Shown piece after piece: positions 13,591 to 24,500 of a stretch of 64,000 bases of DNA. Position 1 is the first letter of the stretch; every line of letters begins with the position of its first letter. The DNA comes from Laetmonice hystrix (lineage: Eukaryota). The translations under genes were made by a program, and so were the position numbers. Below the pieces are notes generated by a model. That model was not told where the DNA came from. It did no database searches and saw only the letters and a list, made by a program, of their open reading frames with translations. The stretch covers positions 18,724,001-18,788,000 of the forward strand of contig OZ249442.1 of the NCBI GenBank assembly GCA_965235115.1. The letters are read 5' to 3'.

Positions 13591-14168
13591 TATACTGTTT
13601 GCTTGGGTACTAGGCCAGCCAGTAAGATGTAGGGAGTCCTCACTGTACTGTTTGTCCTCCCATACTGCTTGGCCTTACAGTACTGTTTGTCCTCACTGTA
13701 CTGTTTGGCCTCGCTGTACTGTTTGCTTGGATACTAGGGCAGCCAGTATCATGTAGGGACTCCTCACTGTACTGTTTGGCCTCACTGTACTGTTTGGCCC
13801 CACAGTACTGTTTGGCCTCACTGTACTGTTTGGCCTCCCATACTGCTTGGCCTCACAGTACTGTTTGGCCTCACTGTACTGTTTGGCCTCACTGTACTGT
13901 TTGCTTGGGTACAAAGGCAGTCAGTATCATGTAGGGACTCCTCACTGTACTGTTTGGCCTCACTGTACTGTTTGTCCTCCCATACTGCTTGGCCTCACTG
14001 TACTGTTTGTCCTCACTGTACTGTTTGGCCTCACTGTAGTGTTTGCTTGGGTACTAGGGCAGCCAGTATCATGTAGGGACTCCTCACTGTACTGTTTGGC
14101 CTCACTGTACTGTTTGGCCTCACTGTACTGTTTGCTTGCATACAACGGTAGCTAGTAGTGTAGGGACG
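13591..14168. repeat. Composite minisatellite: variable runs of 18-bp CCTCACTGTACTGTTTGG separated by a ~36-bp linker
   Basis: Linker (cttgggtactagggcagccagtatcatgtagggact and variants) recurs at ~13602, 13726, 13904, 14046 and 14135 (last copy degenerate), with ~5, 8, 6 and 3 monomers between, including a 17-bp variant cctcccatactgcttgg. Confidence 0.95.
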
Positions 14169-14319
14169 CTTTTTTCTGGCCTGCATTCATACAAGACGAG
14201 TATAATTGAAGCAGTTAGTGTGACTATTCAATGACCAGTTGTGAAAGTTGAGAGAAAGGTGTGCCATCGGCAAGGTTTCTGCCAAACTTTTTACCGGATA
14301 CTTTTCTTGTTGTTACAGA

Positions 14320-14447
14320 TCATGTAGAAGGTTTGGTACGATTCTCTCCAAGGACGTGAGCATCAAGAAGTAACTGATAATGACCAGGATCAAACTTCTT
14401 CAAGTAAGCATCCATCTTCCCTGGTATACGCTTTTCACTCAGCACAC
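14320..14447 (-). other. Possible orphan or pseudogenised terminal coding exon, product unidentified
   Basis: Acceptor ...tgttgcag| at 14448 is followed by the only open frame, VLSEKRIPGKMDAYLKKFDPGHYQLLLDAHVLGENRTKPST*. It is phase-compatible with donor CAG|GTGAAA at 14842/14841. No recognised family and no nearby poly(A) signal seen. Confidence 0.25.
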
Positions 14448-17400
14448 CTGCAACATTACAACAATTATCACATTCAGTTTTACAATCTTCACGTACTCGT
14501 ATCAGTCGTTATACATGTATATGAACATGTCATATATAATTTACTTAATGTAATGGTCAATGAAGAGTGTCCCTGTTTCATGAAATACTCATGAAATGCC
14601 GCAGAAAATGCCCCGAATTTTGATACGTTATGTTTCTGTTGGCAGGAAATAACCACATGTTTTTTCTCTGTATTATTTGAGACACTCGTTAAATCAGTTG
14701 AGGCTATGTCTGGCCCGGATGCTAGTACGATACAGTTTTATTGGGAATATTGCTCAGACGATTCAAATTAAAAGGTAAATTGTGTAACATTAACAGCAAG
14801 TAGATTGGCAATGGCGTATTTCTAGTCCACCTTTGTTTCACCTGTGAGGGTGCCTGGAGGCGGTATGAGCTGGAGGAAGAAGGGGATAGGAGGGTGTCCA
14901 TACTAGAGACATGATGTCATAATCGCGACAACAAATCCCCACACAAGGTTTTGCTCTTAGCACCAGGGCACGAAGAAGCAGAATAAAAAAATACTTCTCA
15001 CAACATACACAAGGCTTTCATCACTAATATTCATCGGCGGTCCCATGGCATCCATTTTTTCCTGAGTATATTGGATAGGGTTGCCATATCATATGTGGTG
15101 TTTGCTCATCACTGGGTCAACACAAACATTGCAAAACTACGCGTACCAGTGATATGATCTTCAAAAGATAATTCTGTCTGAAAGCTTTCTCATTGTCCGT
15201 ACCGTTTTTCGCGTTTTACAAATATTTTACAGCGCTTTCTTCCAACTTCTGCTGCAAGTGTACACTATGCAGAGAATGTTGATTATTCTTCACATGCCAT
15301 CCTGCATTGACTCGTCACCTCTGTAAGAATGAATACCCGAATTCATGACCAGATAACCAAGGGAGTCTATCATAAGGCATCAGTATAAGCCTCCCTTCTT
15401 ATCCAAATCCTCCACCATCCTTTGCTCTAAAGAGTTAAAAGTTAAGATTTAAAAAAAAGAACAGAGAAAACCATTTAAGCAAGGCTGTAAATTTAATAGC
15501 CGTTAAAACAAAGGTGGAAAGAAGTATCATTCTCTGAAGAATGTTGCCATTCTGTGCTGCCTTGCAGCAAACCCAAACTCCGTTATTGATGAATTGATCC
15601 TGTATCAGAGGCGTCGAGCCGGCACTCACGGGCCACTGGCCACCCATTCTTGCTGTCAGCAACTGAGACAAATGCCCTTTGAAGTTGTTAAACGCTGACA
15701 ATATTGATTGATCGATACCCGTTTTTGTTAGCATCATGCTCATTAATATTGAAAACGTGTCGCTAGCAACAGAAGAGCCGACTAAATAAACACATCTCCT
15801 AATCACTGGTTCTGATTAGTGCCTTCTGTAACACTGACATTGATTGGTCAGTAGTGTCATTATCCACCAATCAACATGCTGCTCTCAGATGTATATTTTA
15901 TGTAATGACCAGTGTAGTGGGTGGGTGGTGGATGATGATAGTGAATTAATGTTTAATTATTATATTTGCTGCCCATGTGGTCTCTAATATAGCACGGACC
16001 TGATGAGCCACAATTGACAGTTCCTTCAGCGCTCTTGCTGAATGCCAAACGGCCGGTTCCAACAAAGCAGGTGTTCATCAGCATTTGTTGATCATATTAC
16101 ATATGTTCTGTGCGATCTCTCATAATGAACAGAGCAGCACAACACCTGTAATCTTCCGTATACATGATATTTCATCTCCGCTGTCCTCTCATTGTTCCCA
16201 TGTCAAAAGCAGATTTCAATTTAGACTATCTGGTATATGACAATAATTAATCCGGGTTTGTAGCCAAGGGCAAGAGCGGTGTAAGATGACACAAGTCAAC
16301 AAGTACACAAATTCTGCTGCCAGTTTCCACATGACAAAGCAGACATCATAAAGTCGCTGCGAACACCTGAGCTTGCCTCCATTGTGGTCTTTATTCTCGC
16401 CAGCCACTAAGATACACCCATGCCAGGTTAACGCTTTCCAAGTTAAACATTAAGTTTTCATATGTTATATCCTTGTGCATCTCGCTGATGGTAATCAGAA
16501 CCTGCACAACTGACTGATCAGCCAACGTTACTGTAGTGCCATCAATGATAAATGATGTAATTATGCGTCGACAATTGCTGTTAACATACAAGGCCAGGAA
16601 TCATTGCAGGGCAACACAGGAGACTGAAGACACAAAGAAAAGGCCAAGTTTTGTTCAGTGAAGCCTTGCGAGCTGCTGGCACCCTCACTTATTAACAAAG
16701 CGTGGTGGGTAGGCCTGCCGTCATCGCCACAACAAGACTAACAGCGAATAACATTTAGACACATCAAACAACTGGATGATTAATTCAGCAGGCCACACTT
16801 GGAACAATAAGGCTTTGGATTCCAAAGCACTCCAAGAAGTGGGAATAACGCATCCTAACGCCAAACTCCACCGCATTCCTTCCGTTTTTCAGTCAAGATT
16901 TATTTCCCACATGAATATTAAGGTTGAACGGTTCTATTCATATAAACGGGATTTTGTGATTATGTGTCTTAATGCGTTTTCCATCTCTATTAACGTGGCC
17001 CTTAATTGTTTGTTTCGAGAACTAGAGTATGTATAGACAACGGAAGTAACACCGGGAGGATGGCAGAGAGAGCAGGACCTGGCTCTCATTACGACAAGGA
17101 GAACAGTTCAAACAAGCTGACTGGCATTTGTGGCTCTCATAGCTTCTCCTGCTTCTGATGAGCATAGCCTGGAAGCCATTGTCGGATTGACAGGGCACTT
17201 TGTGGTTTCTTCGCTCACCAAGACAGATGCCGATGGTCTTACACGCTCACATCTATCACCAGGCCTGGGCAGGACACGCTGCCCAGCCAAGCCCAGAATT
17301 CGGGGGACGACCAGGTCGGAGCCATTAATGATTTTTGTCAATTAAGTCTTGAGGAATGTTGTAGAGCGGTTCGCAGTATGCTGACCTTGAGAGCGGGGAA

Positions 17401-20400
17401 GGGCGGTCATTAAAGGTCACCCGGGCCGGTCGCCCAATCCAGTGGTCACAGGAACTGTGACCCTTGACCCGAGAGGGCGGTGGATTTCATATCAAGGGCG
17501 GAAGGACACTGGCTGCTGGGGCACATCAGGTATCGGCACGCTGGTTACACATGTGGTTATGGCAGGGGATCAAATAGATGAAGCTAGGCTTTTAAGGTAT
17601 TGATTTTTTTTTCTATAAGATGAAGTGCTGTGCTTGGAGGTGTCTTCGCCTTGAATAGTTTGCATGGTCAGTGCACCCAACAAATGTGGGGTTGTATGTA
17701 AGATTAGAGTACCTCGGTATGTAAGATGCAGTCCCGATGTGAGATAATTCCGTTTTTGCGACATGGTGCGCATGGGTCATCCATCCTTGGGGGCCACAAT
17801 GTATGACTGTAAGCATATGTGGTCACTTACACCCCTGACAGAGCTAGAAAGTACAATTGCAAATTCTTCGGTCCACCTCTTAATGAAAGAAAAGGACCTT
17901 TTCCTTTGGTTATATCCAACAATGTAGATAAGTTAACCCCGGACAAGGTGACACAATATGGGAATTGAGTTAAAACTGTTGCGCACAGGGCTAGATTTTT
18001 TTGTTACGCTGATCCGCGGCGGTAAACTGTCTGGGTTGACGGTCAATCGAACGAGGACGGAAGTAGATCATAAGAGGATGCTGGCGATTTGAACCAAATG
18101 ATAAATCTACTGTCCAATCAGTGCAGAAAACATAGAGCTCTGACAGACAAATGTTATCTCACAGGCCTTCTGATGTCATGACAGCCATCTAACTCAAGAT
18201 TAGGGTTGACCTTACCTTTAGGTCAGCCGGGGTCAAGGTCGCCATGGATATTACTGGTGGACTACGACTGATTAAGGCGAGCATACAATGGATGAGATGC
18301 TCATCTAGTTGTTTCCTAATCTTTTATGTTTGAATTGTCTTTTATATTAGTCATCCCGCTTTGACATTGGACTGAAGAAATGAGGCTGACATTCAGCGCG
18401 AGCTGACTAAACAAAAAATACACTACTGGTGTCTCACGTGCTCAAAGTCGCGGCAAGGGGGCCAAACGTAGCAGCCGATAGGAAGAATGTGTTGGTTCTT
18501 CTTGTTTTTGTTCCTTGCCGATTGTCTGTACTAGTGTCTACATCATATCATGCTAGACTTAGTGTGATATCAGTGTTTGGGTGATATCGACTAGGTGGGT
18601 ATGTCCGGCATGTCTCCGTGTATAATCTTCGTATCATGTCTAGATGTAAGTTCAGGATCCTAATCACGGTCCGTCGTGTACATATCTTGGTCATGCCTCA
18701 TTGGTTTTATGTGTTTATCTACATATCTGGGTCTCCGTTATGTATGTGATATGTGATCTCCGTGTCTTAAGATTGGAAGAAAAAGAAAATTGGCCATCGC
18801 ACAAAGTATGGGAGAACCTGTCATCATTTGACCGGTCCGAATGACCCCAGCCGTCGTAACCACCAGATTGAGCGAGTCTGGATTGAGGCGCTACCTGCCA
18901 GTGGTTGAAATGAAAAGAGGGAGGTGTTGGTCGAGAGTTTTTTTCGTGCCTTTGTGAGGATGGTGCCAGAAGATTGGCACTTGTCGAGGGTGAGATGTTA
19001 GGGCTGCGAGGCTGGTCTTGGAAGGAGAGCTGGTCAGGAGGGGTCAGACCGCCACCCGGGGCTGACTCATTTGTATAAACACTTGAACATTGTTTTGACA
19101 CTTCCACTCTGTGGCCTATTACATTTCCAATCTGCCCCACCCATCCCCTGGCCATGTGGCCTTGACAACCTCCCGGACCCTTGTGCCGCATGATAACTGG
19201 CCCTAACACCAACTTCACAGACTCCTACAATTTAATAATGTCTTTCATTCCAGGCGTAATGTCACCTCACCCAGCTTTCATGTCATGATGAATGCCAAAT
19301 TCCTGCTCATTTCCATGGGTTGTCAGAGGGAGTAATTAGATGTTGTGACGCCTTATCTCTGACTAGGTTCTGCCCCAGAGGTAGGCGGTAGCAAGTGGCT
19401 GTCCAGCGAGTGACCAGTGGCCTGACCGGGACCGCTGTCTGCTGGCCACAATGGCGCCCACCTTCAGGCATTGGTGTCAGCACAGCCTAATAATAAACCT
19501 GCCCGCCTCAACCCACACTTGTCCTACCGAACCCATCACCTCGCAATTACACACTGAGTGTCACTGTCACCAGTACTCATTTTCTTGCAGATGACCGTCA
19601 GTGCAGCCCCAAACTGACCACAACTGACCACCGCAGGACCCCATCAACAACAAATCACAACTGAATTTAAGCCCCTCTGAGGAGCCCCCGTCAGTGGTGC
19701 ATGCAGGAGCCGGCAGTGCGTTTTCACAAATTTCTTCTTATTCCCAATATTTGTGCGGCACACAATTAACATGTGCTGTGGGAAGGTCCATCTCAACCAA
19801 GATGACCAGTTCCTGAGGCAATGCCCCGCCCTGCCTTGTCCGCGTCTAGTTCGGATGAAACCGAATTCCGAACCAAATTTCTTAATATGTTCCCACTATT
19901 TGGACAAATTTCTACTTATTTCCAATAATTTCCCAGCCCATAATTAGCATAAAGCTGTTTGCATGGGCTATTTTCTCATGATGGAGTCCCCCTTGGGCAC
20001 AGAATGACCACTGATGATGGACCTGCCTTCTCCCCCAATCACATTTGTCACAAATTCAAACTCCTTAGCATCCGTGCATGAGTTGTGTCAGTCTCGCCAC
20101 AGTACGGGGGCTGGCCAGGTCCACTCCATAATTGTCTTAACATGTGCCCTCTGTCCAACTGCGACTTTTCTGGGGCGTCTCCCAGCTCGGAGCGTCCACT
20201 AATGAGAAATTCCAAGACGAACTTGTCACTGATAATCGAGTGCTCGTTAGGAGCTCAGGGAGACTCATCATAGCCCAGGTTAGTAGTCGGCTGATCATAG
20301 CGCGGGTTAGCCGGGCCAGGCAGAGGTTGGAAGTTGTAGAGAGCAAGGATGAATTACTTTCTGTTCTCTAAACTTACAATCTCTATGATGAGTGGGTACG

Positions 20401-21008
20401 GTACCATTTGTCACTTGATAAAGGGGATTTTTACATACTTCTGAAAAAAATAGCACCGATCTACATGTTGATCGCGTTTAAGATACATTTACATGTATCT
20501 TACGGCTAGTTTTAATATAATTGTGATCCAAGACGATGGATCAGCGGACTTAGAGGTTCGAAGGCTACTGACTGAGACAAAAATTAAGATTTATCTCACT
20601 CAGGCAGAAGTGAAGTTGTGAGCTGATAAAAAACAAAAATATTTTGTCAGAAAGAGTAATGTACACTGAAATATAGACCTCATAATTTACGTAAGAGGAA
20701 GAAACAGAATGCATTACAAGCGGGGCGTCCTTCGGCTTAAGATTACATGTACATTGAAACTTAGCCTCCCGGTTTTGGACCAATTCAGATGTGTTGATGC
20801 AAGGAGTTTGTCGTGTCTCATGGAGTCTCAACAATGCTCTGTGTTCTTATTATACATAAAATATTTGCCGTTCATCGTCATATTTAATAATACGGAAAGT
20901 TCACCTCAGTGGGTCAGACCTTTGAAGACTTATATTCCATGAAATCATTTCTAAGTTTAAAAAAGATGTAGAAACTCCCGGAAGGAAAAAAAACTATTTG
21001 CCGGTGGT

Positions 21009-21100
21009 GCACGTGCCTCTCGGGCCAGCCCAGAGCGAGGCTCTGGTCGGGAGTGGCGCCAGTTAATAAAGCCTGGAGTGTGACGTCACGCCAGCCAGAC
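21009..21100. promoter_or_regulatory. Candidate enhancer module: E-box, TGGCGCC (Smad1/5-type), TAATAAA, palindromic CRE, CAGAC
   Basis: gcacgtgc 21009-21016; tggcgcc 21054-21060; taataaa 21064-21070; gtgacgtcac 21080-21089; cagac 21096-21100. Motif co-occurrence only. Confidence 0.35.
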
Positions 21101-21584
21101 ACCCCAGCCTCTGATTTCTGTCAATCATTTTTACAGGCCAGCCTAATGGCACATTCCGCAATATGCGATAATGTGACGGGGGCAGCCACTGCCGCAAATG
21201 GATGGGATTATGCAATAGTTGGTGTAATCTGATTGACTTTTGTGTAAAAATCGACCTATTATAAGTGAGTGTTATGCAAATGAGTGGTAGTTGTGCGCGG
21301 CCTGATGGACCCGAGGCAGGTGATGAGTGACAGGGGTCGACTTAAGACATGATGAAGGAGCCAGGAGAAATCAGCGCACCAATTCTTTCTGTGCGCTGAT
21401 TAGCTGAGCAGAGGTTTGCTCTCTCTGAACGCCTGAGTCTGCATAGAGATGGTCAGAGAGGCTGCCTTGGTATGGCAGTCATATACACACCGAGTAGTCG
21501 CGTCATCTTTGTTTCCGTCAAGAGGCGAATGAAATCTCGGCCCACCCTCATCAGGGTGGCACGATCCCAATAAGGGCGACATGA

Positions 21585-21597
21585 GCGCCCCCTGTTG
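21585..21597 (-). promoter_or_regulatory. CTCF-core-like motif CAACAGGGGGCGC
   Basis: Plus strand gcgccccctgttg; near-consensus. Motif match only. Confidence 0.3.
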
Positions 21598-24500
21598 TTG
21601 TATATTCGGGAACACGCAGGGCAAACTTCCATTCATTCATCAATTCGTTTAATTTGTTCGCTTCCCGCCGGATACCGTCCCTGTAGAGTCCTACGGTGCT
21701 TATATGGTGATTTTTATTCATTTGTTGGCAGCTTTTGTCAAAAGACCACTGGGCAGGTCTGCATGACAAAATGCCCCTGAGTTTTGGTGACTAGGGTCGG
21801 CCATCTTACACAAGGAGGATCAGAAAAAAATGCCTTAATTTTTCAGCCCACCTTAGATCCCAGGCGCAAAATCTATCTGCCTGCACACATCTCCAAGTGT
21901 TATTGGTCAGAACAAAACCCATCAACAATGAAATTATGTACCGGAATTAATTTTGATGGAACATCCCTAGTTTATGAGCAGGGAGGGATCTGCTCAGATT
22001 CCGTCTATAACTGCTATGATATTTTCAATTTGCCCACACCATAAATCACACATGAATATGATTTGTCAGTAGGTCTGCAGATTTATCTCTCTAAAGATAA
22101 TGAACGTATTTGGGGTGACGGATCGGTGGTCGACCGCTGTCCAGCAGCAACCCTGCCTTTCCTTCGATTGTGATGGTTGTACCCTTCCCATTTCTAATAC
22201 GACACTGACCTCCCAAGGCTACGAACCCCCTGAATGTCTCACGATAATTTTACCAATGAACCTTTTGTCTCGCATCAGTTTGGTTAGGGATGACCTAGCA
22301 ACGAGAGGCAGTAAGACTATGTCTCCCAAGTGAGGACCAACCACATCTAATCTCTTCTGGTTCTTAATATGAAGAAAAATTGGCTGAATCAAGCAAAGCT
22401 TATATAGGAGCTCTGCTACCCCCTGTAATGTGAGACAGTGCTTTGGGGAGAGATGACCATAGACTTAGTCTCCGTACATTGGAAATATCATTGCGTGCCT
22501 TCTTTGAACTTGAGGGATCAGTAAGATCGCTTAGAATGAATGACTCTTAATATGTGATCTCATAATGCGATTACAAATGGTGTTCCCGTTTTGTTTCCCA
22601 GGACATTAAGATCTTGTAGAAGTTGTTTGGGACCAGCCTTAATACCAACCAAAGTAGTCTTACGGAGCCTTGCATTAGCTGGATCTGGCGGAATGACTTA
22701 TTGTTAATATGTGCTGTCATATTATGGCCAGTAGATCCCACTCTGGGTGGGGGTATTAAGATCACAGTTAGATTAGTGAGTTGACTGGCCAGCACATCGT
22801 GGTGGAGCGCTGGGATCAAGCATGCCACGATGATTGTTGATCTATCTGTGGGATAGATAAAAGGAGCATTGGTTGTGTAGGACAGTCTGCAGGCACCGGC
22901 AGCCGCCCGGCCCCTATACCCGGGCTGTCCTATCAATCGTCCCCATTATGGGGCCTCCAATCATGCCAGAAATGGAATCCCAGAAATGCTGCCTTGATTA
23001 TCCAAGTATCTGGACTAAAGAAGATATCTTACAAGACCGAGACCAACGCTAACACCTTTCATGACTATACCATTGCTCGTTTTACAATACCGCATAGACT
23101 TCAGATTGCAGCAGTGCTATGATCTTTTAACAAACTTTCGTTTCAAATCAAAACGTGCATTTTTTTAAACCAAACCTTGTCCGGAAGTTATGGCCCTATT
23201 TTACACATTGTCTAATAGAAATTTACTTCCAGGAACACTATTGTTGCATAAACATATTTCAAGAGATCTAAAGAAATCTTACTTCCTTGTCAAATTGAAC
23301 ATGATTGTAGAAGTAAAAAAGTGAACCGATACGCATGGCTTGGTCACATAATTACAAATCCCCCGGATACTTTGACTATATCACTGAGGTAAAAAGCAAG
23401 GCAATCAAACGCAGCCCCCCCCCCCCCCACCCACACACACAGACACACGGCGCGGAGTCACAAATAATCGACATGTGATGTCTTGATAATCTTCTACTTC
23501 TCTTATTGCTATCAGAACAACAAATGGACACAATCGATTCCAGGCTACTGCTGAGATATACCACAGACAATGATTCCCCATCATGTTGCTCCCGAACTGT
23601 TCCGGTATCGAGGATCTTCGCTTTGTGCTGGTTGCCTAGAGGTCATGGATGTACATGATCATGTTTAATTATTTCCCAGTCTAAACCTGGAGCAGGCCTA
23701 ATAACGATATTTGTGTTAGTATTGGACTCATTAGGCAGGAGACGTTGGGCGCGGTCAGCCAGGCCCAATGGTAAACCAGCAGTAAGACATTCACGAAGTA
23801 TTTCACCTGGAGTCTTGCTGACGGGGGGGAAACTTCTACTCTGGCCGGTCTCCTTGGTGGCCTGAAGACCACTTGGAGATGTTGTCTCTAACTGTTTCTT
23901 ACATGTTATTAGCACCAGCTGAAGCTTCCTCAAGACAGTGTCACTGTTGGAACAGTAGTTGGCCAGACCTATACATTGCTCAGTCAAACATTAAAACATT
24001 TATGAGTGGTATCTTGGATATTCTCAAAGACATAAATGTAACATAGGCGGGGTGATGACAGAGAATGGCGTAGTCAGCGTTGACTGCTGTCTGGACATGT
24101 TCAGTGTTATTGACGGCATAGTGAAAAGCCAATCCTGTGACCTAAATGTGATTATACAAACAGGTGTTGGACTGCGGAGATGTAAATATAGTATTCCATC
24201 TCGAACAATGGATCTATACGAGCTCTTGGCGCCTCTGAAGTATATTGCTTCACAGGTGGCAGGTGCTAAGATGTCGTTAATGTTTATTAGCAATAATTGT
24301 TAAGAAATAGGAATATGAACCCTGTGGCTGTGTACTTGGTAGATCGAGAGTTAGAAAAAACACATTTACAGTGGAAGAGGACATTAAGTGCGTCTGATGT
24401 TAGTGATGTAACTTTTTTTCTTTTTTTTTTAATTAATGTTTTTTCCCCCGACCTTCCACCACCTTCCTTAAAAATTGGTTCTTTCAGAAATTTTAAAATA

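Noticed and set aside
13591-14168. CRISPR-like repeat/spacer reading of the composite array and its ORFs
   Set aside because: The intervening segments are themselves repeats of one monomer, and the ORFs are repeat translations.
14319-14403. Plus-strand exon with good acceptor and GTAAGC donor
   Set aside because: Stops in all three frames; a non-coding exon cannot be excluded.
14320-14869. Assigning the orphan peptide to GT10 fucosyltransferases (PP..YLKK.D) or KDM4 (MD...KF.P..Y.L)
   Set aside because: Two incompatible short resemblances and no catalytic motifs, so no name is given.
21321-21401. C/D snoRNA (GTGATGA...CTGA) with an 11-bp hairpin at 21369-21401
   Set aside because: No terminal stem and no recognisable rRNA guide. 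The hairpin is real but unexplained and possibly chance.
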